Notes: a model not told the origin generated them from the letters alone. 64,000 nt of DNA from Myxococcota bacterium (GCA_044344255.1 JBIJDH010000025.1:52477-116476); one strand, 5' to 3'; positions 47,529-56,902 are shown, counted from the first letter of the stretch. Translations and numbers: made by a program.

Positions 47529-48764
47529 ATGCAAGCTGAGCTCGAAGCGTTGATGGCCCGTGGCCGGGCCGCCGGTGTCACCCAACGATTGATCCGTGAG
47601 GTGGGGCGGGACGGCCGTTGCCTCCGACTGGAACCAGACGGGCACTCGGTGCTCTCTTTCGCGAGCTGCAGCTACCTGTCCTTGGAGCAGGACCCGCGGG
47701 TGGTCACCGGCGCGGTGGAGGCGGTGGTGCGGCACGGTGTGTCGTTCAGCGCGTCCCGCTGTTTTGCCACGAGCCCCCTCTACGCCGAGGTCGACCGCCT
47801 GCTCGAGCGGCTCTTCGGCCGCCCGGTGGTGCTCGCCGGCTCCACCACGCTCGCCCACGGCGCGGCGCTGCCCATCCTCCTCGCCCCCGACGAGCCCGTG
47901 CTCTTTGACCGACAGGTCCACCACAGCGTACAGACCGCGCTCACCGCCCTCGGCCCCCGGCCCGGGAAGAGACAGGCCCTGCCCCACAACGACATGGCGG
48001 CCCTCGAGGTGGCGGTCCGCGCGCACATCGCCAACGGCGCGCGTAAGATCTGGTACTGCGCGGACGGCATCTACAGCATGTTCGGCGACCGGCTGCCCCT
48101 CGCCGCGCTCCGAGCGTTGATGGACCGCTACCCCACGCTGCACGCCTACATCGACGACGCCCACGGCATGAGCTGGACCGGCACCAACGGAGCCGGCAGC
48201 GTGCTGGACGCCGGGCTCCCTCGCGCGCGCACCATCCTCGCCACCTCCCTCTCCAAGGGCTTCGGCTGCGGCGGCGGCGTGATCGCCGTCCCCGACCGCG
48301 AGACGAAGGAGCGCATCGAGAACCTTGGGCCCACGCTGATGTTCAGCATCCAGGTCCCGCCTCCGATCCTCGGCGCCATCGCCGCCACTGCGCGCATCCA
48401 CCTCTCGGCCGAGGTCGGCGCCCTCCAGGCCGAGCTGGCGGAGCGGGTCCGCCTCTGCCGGGCGTTGATCGCCGCCGAGCCGCTCCTCCACAACGCGCTG
48501 CCCATCGAGCTCGTCGAGCCGTCTCCGGTGCAGTACCTCGTGATCGGAGACGCCGACCGTGTCATCGCGGCGGCCGGCCGGCTGCTCGCCCGCGGCTTCT
48601 TCGTCAACCCCGTCGCCTACCCGGCGGTCCCCCGTGGGCAGGACGGGCTGCGCTTCACGCTCAACCGCGCCCACACCGTCGAGGACGTGCACGCGCTGAT
48701 CTCCGCCCTGACCGAGGTGATGGCGGAGGAGCGACGCCGGCCGATGGCCCAGCGCGCGGCCTGA
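47529..48764 (+). CDS. PLP-dependent alpha-oxoamine synthase family protein (BioF/Kbl/SPT-like)
   Basis: FASCSYL, HxS, DGIYSMFGD, DDAHG, SLSKGFG (PLP lysine), YPAVP..LRF; AGGAGG RBS. Confidence 0.9.
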   Translation: MQAELEALMARGRAAGVTQRLIREVGRDGRCLRLEPDGHSVLSFASCSYLSLEQDPRVVTGAVEAVVRHGVSFSASRCFATSPLYAEVDRLLERLFGRPVVLAGSTTLAHGAALPILLAPDEPVLFDRQVHHSVQTALTALGPRPGKRQALPHNDMAALEVAVRAHIANGARKIWYCADGIYSMFGDRLPLAALRALMDRYPTLHAYIDDAHGMSWTGTNGAGSVLDAGLPRARTILATSLSKGFGCGGGVIAVPDRETKERIENLGPTLMFSIQVPPPILGAIAATARIHLSAEVGALQAELAERVRLCRALIAAEPLLHNALPIELVEPSPVQYLVIGDADRVIAAAGRLLARGFFVNPVAYPAVPRGQDGLRFTLNRAHTVEDVHALISALTEVMAEERRRPMAQRAA

Positions 48765-48911
48765 CGGCCCGCCGCCGACGGCGAGTGAGCTCGGAGATGG
48801 GGATCCGTCGTGCGGGTCGAGCTGCTCTCCCCGCCGGCCCCGCCGCCGAGGGAGCGCCAAGCATGGAGCGATCCTATTCCATGTAGCGCTCGCCGGCCTC
48901 CCGCGCGATGG

Positions 48912-49370
48912 CGCCGCCGGGGTCGTGGCTCGGCTTGACGATGTATCAGGCCCGCCCCTACACTGACCACGATTGTTTGAAGACGGAGGCTCAGCGAGCT
49001 CGGCTTGAACGCGCTCGGTGAGACCGCCCGCGCCGCCCTGGAGGCCGCCTTGCTTCAAAACTATGAGTACAAGAGCGACTTCGCCAAGAAGTACATCGCC
49101 ATGGGCAAGGCCGAGGGCAAGGCCGAGGGCAAGGCCGAGGGCAAGGCCGAGGGCAAGGCCGAGGGCAAGGCCGAGGGCAAGGCCGAGGGCAAGGCCGAGG
49201 GGCTCGCCCATGCCTTGATCAAGGTCCTCCGATCGCGTGGCCTTCATCCAGACGCCGCCGCGGTCGTCCGCATCGAGACCACCGAGGAGACCGCCGTCCT
49301 CCTCGCTTGGCTTGACCGCGCCCTGACCGCCAGCTCCGTGGAGGAGGCCCTGGCCGACGGATCCGCTTGA
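48912..49370 (+). pseudogene. 3'-terminal duplicate of the Rpn-like gene; may encode a stand-alone C-terminal protein (TTG 49050-49370)
   Basis: 49004-49358 is nearly identical to 50296-50650; 48912-48968 is a degenerate homolog followed by a ~35-bp unrelated insert. Confidence 0.8.
49104..49199 (+). repeat. 12-bp tandem repeat x8 (GKAE)
   Basis: (ggcaaggccgag)8. Confidence 0.95.
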
Positions 49371-49723
49371 TGACCGGTGTCGGTCGCTTTGGCGGCCTCG
49401 GCCTCGCAGATGGACTCCGTTCACTCAGGCCAAGCCCCATCGCCCGTCACCGCTTTGCCCTGCCGCCGACCGGCGCCGCTTCGCCACGCCGACGGAGGCT
49501 CGTGTCGCCTCAACCTCATCGGGCGCCGCCCGTGGCCGCCGCCGGGCTCGCGTTCTCTCTTCGGAACAACGCTTGGAACATTGCGCTCCTCAGGCGAACA
49601 TCGAGGTCCGGGCCTATCGTTCGAGTCTCCGCCAACGGAAGTGGCTGGCCGATGTCCCTGGTCGAGCCGCTGGTTAAGCCGCGAACAACGCCCCTGTCGC
49701 GCCCCGTTCCCACCAGGAACCCC

Positions 49724-50653
49724 ATGCCCTCCTCCCTCCACGAGACGCTTATCGACCTCTTCCGGGCCGATCTACGGCTGGTCGCGGACCTCGCCGCGCC
49801 CTTCCTCGCCCCCGTCGCGGGCGGCATCGGGGGCCTCAAGCCCCTCGACTCCGCGCTCACCGACCCCAGGCCCATCGAGCGCAGGGCCGACCTCGGCGTG
49901 GTCCCCGATCGCGGCCCCGTCTTCATTCTCGAGGTGCAGCTCCGCATCGACCCCGACAAGCTCTGGACCTGGCCGAGCTACACCGTGATCACCCGCGATC
50001 GCCTGCGCCGCGAGGTCGTCCTCGTCGTGCTCACGCTCAGCCCCAGGGTCGCCGCTTGGGCCAATAAGCCCATCTCCCTCGGCCCCACCGGCTCCGTCCT
50101 GGTTCCGCTCGTGATCGGGCCGGCCAACATCCCGCTGCTCACGGACCCCGGTGAGGCCCTCGCTCATCCGGAGCGCCTCGTGTTGAGCGCGCTGGTCCAT
50201 GGCAAGGGGCCCTCCGGCGCTGCGATCGCCGCCGCCGCCGCCGGGGTCGTCGCTCAGCTTGACGATGATCGGGCCCGCCCCTACACTGACCTCATCTTGA
50301 ACGCGCTCGGTGAGTCCGCTCGCGCCGCCCTGGAGGCCGCCTTGCTTCAAAACTATGAGTACAAGAGCGACTTCGCCAAGAAGTACATCGCCATGGGCAA
50401 GGCCGAGGGCAAGGCCGAGGGCAAGGCCGAGGGCAAGGCCGAGGGCAAGGCCGAGGGCAAGGCCGAGGGCAAGGCCGAGGGCAAGGCCGAGGGGCTCGCC
50501 CATGCCTTGATCAAGGTCCTCCGATCGCGTGGCCTTCATCCAGACGCCGCCGCGGTCGTCCGCATCGAGACCACCGAGGAGACCGCCGTCCTCCTCGCTT
50601 GGCTTGACCGCGCCCTGACCGCCAGCTCCGTGGAGGAAGTCCTGGCCGATTGA
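49724..50653 (+). CDS. Rpn-like PD-(D/E)XK nuclease family protein
   Basis: HETLIDLF, RRADL, LEVQL..D..K..TWPSY, YEYKSDFA, (GKAE)8, C-terminal LxxWLDRALTA. Confidence 0.85.
   Translation: MPSSLHETLIDLFRADLRLVADLAAPFLAPVAGGIGGLKPLDSALTDPRPIERRADLGVVPDRGPVFILEVQLRIDPDKLWTWPSYTVITRDRLRREVVLVVLTLSPRVAAWANKPISLGPTGSVLVPLVIGPANIPLLTDPGEALAHPERLVLSALVHGKGPSGAAIAAAAAGVVAQLDDDRARPYTDLILNALGESARAALEAALLQNYEYKSDFAKKYIAMGKAEGKAEGKAEGKAEGKAEGKAEGKAEGKAEGLAHALIKVLRSRGLHPDAAAVVRIETTEETAVLLAWLDRALTASSVEEVLAD
50396..50491 (+). repeat. 12-bp tandem repeat x8 (GKAE)
   Basis: (ggcaaggccgag)8. Confidence 0.95.
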
Positions 50654-50949
50654 GCGCTCGGGAGGAGGGCAAAGCGGTCCACCTGCTTGGTGTCAGAGGA
50701 GGAACGCCCCCCCTTCGTCAAGCGGCGGCTCACGGGAGTCATGGGGGGATAGGGCGCATGAACGGCGGGGACCAGTCGTGGCGCCCGGCCTACCACAGGA
50801 CGGCTCTCCCCTCGCTCTCCCGCGGCACGGCCCCGAGAGGGCGTCTTTTGCCCGATCCCCGGTGCCCAACCAAAGCTCGCGCCCCCGTCCCGCTGCAACC
50901 CGCCCTCTGGTCATCGCCCTCAGGCCGCGGCGGAGGGTGGGTTCCGGGA

Positions 50950-51500
50950 GGCCGCCGCGCTCCGACGCAGGGTCGCCTCTTCGCTCGTCGTCGGGCCGCC
51001 ATCACACACGGTGCGGAGAGTCATGCGGCAGCCACAGCCCGGGCACCGCCGGCCATCCACCGCGAACACCCGCCAGCTGATGCCTGTGCGACGACCGCCG
51101 AGGGCGGAGGGAACAGCGCCACCAGTCGGGAGACGAGGTCCTCGGCGGTGGCGAGAGGGCCGCCGTCCCACCTTCAACGTCTGCGAGACCCGGGCCGCTT
51201 CATCGTGAAGCGCACCCGCCCATCCGGCTCCACCTCGACCCCGTCGTGAAGGTTCCAGCCGTCGCAGGAGGCGCAGAGTGGCGGGAGATCCCGCTGCTTC
51301 CCCCCGAGGCGCGGAACCCGGCGCGCCACCCTCGTCGGGGACCCTCTCGGCAAGGAGTACCCCGTCACGGCGGCGGTCTGGATGAGGCGCATCCCCTCAT
51401 CGTCGGCCTCTTCCTCCGCGTCCTCTGGCCCATCGCCCTGTCGTGCGAGCCAGTCTTCGCCGGCTGTCGCGACCTCCACGATCAGCGCGTTCACATCGGA
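50950..51500 (-). mobile_element. IS91/Y2-type transposase remnant (internally deleted, frameshifted)
   Basis: LCASCDGWNLHDGV, PDGRVRFTMKR and WRVFAVDGRRCPGCGCRM fragments in different frames resemble IS91-like transposase C-termini. Confidence 0.65.
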
Positions 51501-51502
51501 GC

Positions 51503-51537
51503 GAATCGGGAGAGACGAATCGGGTGAGACGAATCGG
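51503..51537. repeat. 14-bp tandem repeat x2.5 at the IS remnant boundary
   Basis: gaatcgggagagac gaatcgggtgagac gaatcgg. Confidence 0.75.
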
Positions 51538-51747
51538 TTCGATGAGGCGACTCGGCGACAGGCTCGGATCATTCTGGCGGATCCAGCGGGCCGCCGCTCG
51601 ACCCACGAGGTGTGCGCGGACAGGGAGGAGGTGGAGGGTTCGGACGGGCGGTGAAGGTGCGCGGCCGGGTCGCGACGTGGAAGATCATCCGCACGAGGCA
51701 GGACCTCCCGGGGTGATAGAAGGTGTCAAATGTCCTTCCCTGGCACG

Positions 51748-51786
51748 GATTCGGATCTCAGATTCGGATCTCAGATTCGGATTTCA
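51748..51786. repeat. 13-bp tandem repeat x3 ending on a stop codon
   Basis: gattcggatctca x2 then gattcggatttca; tca 51784-51786 is the minus-strand stop. Confidence 0.88.
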
Positions 51787-52299
51787 GCCCGGATTTCCGC
51801 CGGAGGAGCTGCAGGCGTCGGCCGCGTAGTCCACGTTCCAATAGGGGCTGTAATAATAGACCGTCGCGCTCACGGGCATCGAGCCCCCCGCGGGGAGAGC
51901 GCAGGTCAGCAGCTCTCCGGACGGACAGGGCCCTCCAGTGTAGCTCGTGGCGACGCCGCTGCTCTCGCTCGTCTGGTCGCACCAGCCGCGCGTATCATTG
52001 TACCCGCTGAACTCGAAGCACATGTCGTAGTCCACGAGGGAGCAGCTATCGATCCCGCCGCTGCCGCCGTCTGAACCGTCCGTGCCATCCGTGCCGTTCG
52101 TGTCTGTCGTCCCATCGGTGCCGTCGGCGCCGTCCGCGCCGTCTGTCCCATCAGCTCCGTCTGTCCCATCGGCGCCGTCTGTCCCATCGGTGCCGTCGGC
52201 GCCGTTCGACGCGCCGCCGGTGTCGCTCTTCCCGCTCCAGCCTCCACCGCAGCTCAGCAGGAGGAAGGTGGGGATCAGGGGAGAGAGGCGGGGTCGCAT
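51784..52299 (-). CDS. Small six-Cys-domain lipoprotein with (GTD/GAD)n linker (paralog of 31890-32342)
   Basis: Lipobox LLSC; GIDSC..CFEF..YNDTRGWC...CP...CALP...YYY...A...C...GG. Confidence 0.85.
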   Translation of the reverse strand: MRPRLSPLIPTFLLLSCGGGWSGKSDTGGASNGADGTDGTDGADGTDGADGTDGADGADGTDGTTDTNGTDGTDGSDGGSGGIDSCSLVDYDMCFEFSGYNDTRGWCDQTSESSGVATSYTGGPCPSGELLTCALPAGGSMPVSATVYYYSPYWNVDYAADACSSSGGNPG

Positions 52300-52550
52300 G
52301 GGCGTCTCCGGGTGTTGGGGTCGGGTGCTCCTGTAATGCACCTGACCCCGATTCGCCAGACGTGGTCTGACTGCGGCTCTGTCTTCAGTCCGGCCGCGCA
52401 CCCCGGAGGGCCCCGCTGCGGACGCGCGGATCCGGGAGTTGGGCGACGGGGAGGACAGTGGCGGTGCCGATCGGGGACGCACCTGGGTGGGCTCTTCCGG
52501 AGCGGGGGCTGCACCTTGCTCGGCGGGACCCCCTCCGGTACCATCGCCGC

Positions 52551-53342
52551 ATGATCCTCTTTCTGTTGGCTTGCGCGTCCTCCAAGTCTGGCTCCCACGG
52601 CTCGTCCGACACGCTCGACGAGACCTTCACGGACAGCGCCGGCCTGTCGGCGAAGGTCGCGCTGGTTTTGCCGGAGGAGGAGCCCGATGGGGCCGCCCCG
52701 GGTGTGCTCCTGTTCTTCACCTGGGACTTCGGCAACCAGGAGTACTTCGATCAGGCTGAGCTTCACGCGGAGCTCGCCCAGGAGCATGGGCTCATCGTGG
52801 CCTCGATGGCCAGCCCCAAGACGCCGGGGGACTCCGGGTGCTGGTGGGCGCCGAGGGTCGAGGACAATGCGGCCTACGTCGATGAGTTCGTGCAGGCTCG
52901 GCTCGTCGATGAGCTGGGCATCGACACCGACCGGGTGTTCACGACGGGGCTCTCCGGCGGCTCGGACTTCGCGGCGGCCTTTCACTTCCACACCGACTAC
53001 CGGTACGGCGGCGGGGCGGTCGCGCTGTGCGGGGGCGACATCCCGCGGCTCAACGGCGGCGGCTGCGAGCCGGACATCGACCCGGAGCCGGCGCTAACCC
53101 CCACCGATCTGTCCACGGACACCCTGGACGCGGTCCGATACGATCTGTCCCTCACGGCCGACGACTTCCTCCGGGAGCACGCGGAGGCGGCGGCCGCTTA
53201 CTACGACGACCTCGGCTTCAGCCATGTCCGTCAGCGGATCGTCGAGGGGAGCGGGCACTGCGGCTTTGACAGCGGCTGGGAGGGCCTCGATGTCTTCGCG
53301 GAGGGCCTCGACTACGTGGACCCGCGGACGAACCCGGGCTGA
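52551..53342 (+). CDS. Esterase/PHB-depolymerase-like alpha/beta hydrolase lipoprotein
   Basis: Lipobox LLAC; IDTDRVFTTGLSGG; C-terminal GSGH. Confidence 0.8.
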   Translation: MILFLLACASSKSGSHGSSDTLDETFTDSAGLSAKVALVLPEEEPDGAAPGVLLFFTWDFGNQEYFDQAELHAELAQEHGLIVASMASPKTPGDSGCWWAPRVEDNAAYVDEFVQARLVDELGIDTDRVFTTGLSGGSDFAAAFHFHTDYRYGGGAVALCGGDIPRLNGGGCEPDIDPEPALTPTDLSTDTLDAVRYDLSLTADDFLREHAEAAAAYYDDLGFSHVRQRIVEGSGHCGFDSGWEGLDVFAEGLDYVDPRTNPG

Positions 53343-53411
53343 GGGCCGCCGCCCGGGCGGCCTGCGGCGGATTTGGGCTACCATGGGCGCCTCGACCTGC
53401 CCCGGTGACCC

Positions 53412-56400
53412 ATGCTGCCGCCCGCCGCCCTCGCCCTGCTCGCGCTCTTCGCCTTCGCGCCGCCGGGGGCCCCCGCGCCCGCCGCGGCCATCATCCCGAC
53501 GGGGCCGCCGGCGCCGCACCTCTCGCGAGACCCGGGGCTCCAGGCCCGCCTGGCCAATCGTTCGAGCTGGCGGGCCTTCCAGGCGACCTGGGGGCCCGGC
53601 TGGGGGGCCCGCTGGGACGAGCGGACGGGGGCGCCGCGCTTCCTCTCGGCGCCGGGGGTGCCGGTGGGGCGGGCGAGCGCCCTCGTGGCCGACGTGGCGG
53701 GCCTCGCGGGCGTCGGCGGCGGTGAGCTCCAGCGCGCCCGCAGCCGTCAGGCGGGGCCGCGCCTGATCCAGCAGTGGACCCGCCGCTACAAGGGCGCCGA
53801 GGTGGTGGGCGACCAGGTCGTGGTCTCCTCGGTGAACGGGCGGGTGAACGGGGTGTGGGTGCAGCTCACGCCGATCGGGCTGGCAGGGGCCCCCGCGCCC
53901 GGGGAGCTCGTGCTGCCGATCCCCACCGAGAAGGGGTCGCCCGCCTTCTACGGAGCGAGCGACGGCCTCAGCGCCACCTGGGCCCGCCAGCGCACCGAGG
54001 GCCCCTTCGTCATCTACGCAGACCGACAGGGGGTGGAGCGGCTCCGCTACGACACCCGCCACTTCTCCACCGTCTCGGTCACCCACCTCGAGCGCACCGT
54101 GGGCGACGCCTCCGTCACCAGCCCGGCGCGCGGCATCAACGTCGCCGACGCGAGCGGCGGCGCGGCCGTGACCGACAGCGCCGGCAGCCATGGCCTGTCC
54201 GGCGAGCTGTCGGTGGAGCTCACCGGCCCCACCCTGGCCATCACCAACAACTACATGCCCTGGCCCCCCCTGCGCGGCAGCGGTGACCTCACCTACGCGG
54301 CGGGCACGAACATCAGCGAGGCGGGGGCGATGGTGCTGCACCACTACCCCGTCGTGCTCGACTGGCTCACCGCGGTCTGGCCCACCCACAGCCTGCTGTC
54401 GATGCAGATGAAGGCCGCGGTGGATCTCCCGAGCTCGTGTAACGCTTATTATTCGAGCGGGACCATCAACTTCTATTCTGCGGGCGGGAGCTGCAACAAC
54501 TTCGGCCAGATCGCCGATGTCATCTATCACGAGGTGGGGCACGGCATTCACCACTACATCCTCGCCGGCGGCACCTTCGCCGGTGATGTGTCGGAGGGCT
54601 CCGCCGACTTCGTGTCGGCCACCCTCCTGAACGACGCCATCGTCGCCCGCAACGCGACCACCAGCGGCGGCTACATCCGCGAGCTCGAGACCGACCATGT
54701 CTATCCCCGAGACGTGTCCGGCGAGGTGCACTACGACGGCCTCATCTGGGCGAGCTTCCTCTGGAACCTGCGCCAGCAGTGGGTGAGCGCCTATGGGGAG
54801 GCCACCGGCGTCGCGATGACCGACGCCCTCTTCCTCGGCGCCCTGTCCTACGGCCCCACGCTCACCGACCTCTATGAGGCGGTCATCCTCGCCGATGACG
54901 ACGACGGCGACCTCTCGAACGGCACTCCGCACGCCTGTGAGCTCGTCACCTTGTTGGACCAGCACGGCCTCGGCCCTGGGCCGATCGGGGTGGTCTATTG
55001 GGACCACGTCCCCCTCGGGCCCCAGGCCAGCGCCACGGTCGGCTATCCGGTCGAATTCTCGGTCTATGACCTCACGAGCGGCTGCGACCTCTTCGATCCG
55101 AGCTCGGTGCGGCTCTGGTACAGCACGGAGGAGAATGGCCTCCCGCTCGCGGAGTCGGCGACCGGGGACACCGGCGGCGCCGGGGACACGGCCGACTCGG
55201 GCGGCGCCGACACCGGCGGCGGCGCCGATCCCTATCCCGGCTGGACCTCGCTCGAGCTCACCCAGTCCGGAGACACCTGGACCGGGGTGATCCCCCGCCA
55301 GCCGGCCACCACGCACGTCCGTTACTTCATGGAGGCCAGCTCGACCGACGGGGCCGAGCACATCGACACCTACGGCGGCGCCGAGGCGGGCCTCTACAGC
55401 TTCTATGTGGGCGATCGACAGACGCTTTGGTGCGAGGACTTCGAGGCCGGCGCGCCGGGCTGGGTCCACTCCGGCGGGCTGCCCACGGCGCCCGGGGGCT
55501 ACACCGACCAGTGGGAGATCGGCGCCCCGGTGGGGGGCTCCTTTGACCCCAGCCTAGCTTATGGCGGGACTGCCATCGCCGGAACCAACCTATCGGGAGA
55601 CTACGCGGCGAACAACCAGCAGTACCTTCAGTCGCCGGTCGTGACGGTGGGCACCCCGGGCCCGATGTTCCTGCTCAGCTACGCCCGCTGGCTGACCGTG
55701 GAGGACGCCCTCTACGATCACGCCACGCTCTATGCCAACGGCGTGTCGGCCTGGTCGAACGCGGCGACCGACGGCGGCACCCAGCACCAGCTCGACACAG
55801 AGTGGGTGCTGCATGAGCTGCCCGGGCTGCCGCTGCTCGGCGGGGCGAGCACGCTCGAGCTCGCTTTCACCCTCGAGTCAGACCAGGGCCTCGAGTTTGG
55901 AGGGTGGAACCTCGATGATGTCTGTCTGGTGCAGCTCGACGACGTCGAGCGCCACTACCGCACGGAGGCGCTCTGGGCCTCCGATGACGCCCCCGAGGTC
56001 ACGATCACCTGGGAGCAGCCCTGGATGACGCCCCTCCAGGGCACCGTGCTCGTCCGCAAGGCCGAGGGGTACCCGACCGGGCCCACCGACGGCGTCGTGC
56101 TCGACACCGACGACGATCCGCTCCCCGGCGAGGCCCGCGAGGTGGTCGACGCCGAGCCGCTCCCGGGGGAGGTGTTTTATTACGCTCTCTTCGCCGCCGG
56201 CCCCAATGAGGCGGACTGGTACCTGAGCGTGGTGGAGGGGGAGAACGCTGATCAGGGCGGCGTCCCCGCGCCTGAGCCCCTCGACACGGGCGACACGGGC
56301 GGGGTGGCCGAAGACAGCGATCCGCCCGCGGTGGACAGCGATGAGCCCCTCGGGGAGGACCCGTCGGCGGACGGTGGTGGCGGCGGCGGCGGGGGCGGCG

Positions 56401-56516
56401 GGAAGGGCTGCGGCTGCGCTTCGCCGGGGCCGGCCCGGGGCGGCGCCCTGCTGCTCACCCTCCCTGCGCTCTTGCTGAGCGCCCTCCGCGCTCGCCGCCG
56501 GCGGTCTCGGGCATGA
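53412..56516 (+). CDS. Secreted Zn metallopeptidase (M36/M4-like) with MYXO-CTERM-like tail
   Basis: CNAYY, HEVGH, EGSADF, EVHYDG; GWNLDDV beta-sandwich; C-terminal GCGC + hydrophobic helix + RRRR. Confidence 0.9.
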   Translation: MLPPAALALLALFAFAPPGAPAPAAAIIPTGPPAPHLSRDPGLQARLANRSSWRAFQATWGPGWGARWDERTGAPRFLSAPGVPVGRASALVADVAGLAGVGGGELQRARSRQAGPRLIQQWTRRYKGAEVVGDQVVVSSVNGRVNGVWVQLTPIGLAGAPAPGELVLPIPTEKGSPAFYGASDGLSATWARQRTEGPFVIYADRQGVERLRYDTRHFSTVSVTHLERTVGDASVTSPARGINVADASGGAAVTDSAGSHGLSGELSVELTGPTLAITNNYMPWPPLRGSGDLTYAAGTNISEAGAMVLHHYPVVLDWLTAVWPTHSLLSMQMKAAVDLPSSCNAYYSSGTINFYSAGGSCNNFGQIADVIYHEVGHGIHHYILAGGTFAGDVSEGSADFVSATLLNDAIVARNATTSGGYIRELETDHVYPRDVSGEVHYDGLIWASFLWNLRQQWVSAYGEATGVAMTDALFLGALSYGPTLTDLYEAVILADDDDGDLSNGTPHACELVTLLDQHGLGPGPIGVVYWDHVPLGPQASATVGYPVEFSVYDLTSGCDLFDPSSVRLWYSTEENGLPLAESATGDTGGAGDTADSGGADTGGGADPYPGWTSLELTQSGDTWTGVIPRQPATTHVRYFMEASSTDGAEHIDTYGGAEAGLYSFYVGDRQTLWCEDFEAGAPGWVHSGGLPTAPGGYTDQWEIGAPVGGSFDPSLAYGGTAIAGTNLSGDYAANNQQYLQSPVVTVGTPGPMFLLSYARWLTVEDALYDHATLYANGVSAWSNAATDGGTQHQLDTEWVLHELPGLPLLGGASTLELAFTLESDQGLEFGGWNLDDVCLVQLDDVERHYRTEALWASDDAPEVTITWEQPWMTPLQGTVLVRKAEGYPTGPTDGVVLDTDDDPLPGEAREVVDAEPLPGEVFYYALFAAGPNEADWYLSVVEGENADQGGVPAPEPLDTGDTGGVAEDSDPPAVDSDEPLGEDPSADGGGGGGGGGGKGCGCASPGPARGGALLLTLPALLLSALRARRRRSRA

Positions 56517-56902
56517 GCCGCTACGACATCCTCGCCCTCTGCTGGCTGCTCAAGTCCTTCGCCGAGATGGCGCTCGGCGTGCTCTTCGGGCTGGTCTTCG
56601 CTGGCTTCGGCGTGCTGCCGATGGTGCTGCCCTCCCAGAGCGGGAGCCAGACCGAGGGCTTCGTGCTCGGGGGTGTCTTCATCTCGATCGGGCTGATCGC
56701 CGGGCTGCTCGTGTGCGTGTTCGCGCTCCCGGGGCTGCTCGTGTCCTGGGGGCTCTGGCGGCGGGCCGACTGGGCGCGCTGGATGGCGATGATCATGGGC
56801 GCGCTGCAGGTCTTTCATGTGCCCATCGGCACGATGATCGGCGTCTACAGCGTCGTGGTGCTCTGGAAGGGCGAGGGCTACGACGAGGGCCGCGCGCCCT
56901 GA
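56513..56902 (+). CDS. Hypothetical integral membrane protein
   Basis: Three to four hydrophobic helices; WAR..., PIGT motif; ATGA overlap with the peptidase gene. Confidence 0.8.
   Translation: MSRYDILALCWLLKSFAEMALGVLFGLVFAGFGVLPMVLPSQSGSQTEGFVLGGVFISIGLIAGLLVCVFALPGLLVSWGLWRRADWARWMAMIMGALQVFHVPIGTMIGVYSVVVLWKGEGYDEGRAP

Noticed and set aside
49367..49723. N-terminal extension of the Rpn-like ORF
   Set aside because: Family-like sequence begins at MPSSLHE (49724) after AGGA; the extension looks non-coding.
49104..50491. Regular repeats as a possible CRISPR array (also 42913-43008 and 62200-62291)
   Set aside because: Units are contiguous with no unique spacers, most encode in-frame peptides, and no cas genes are present.
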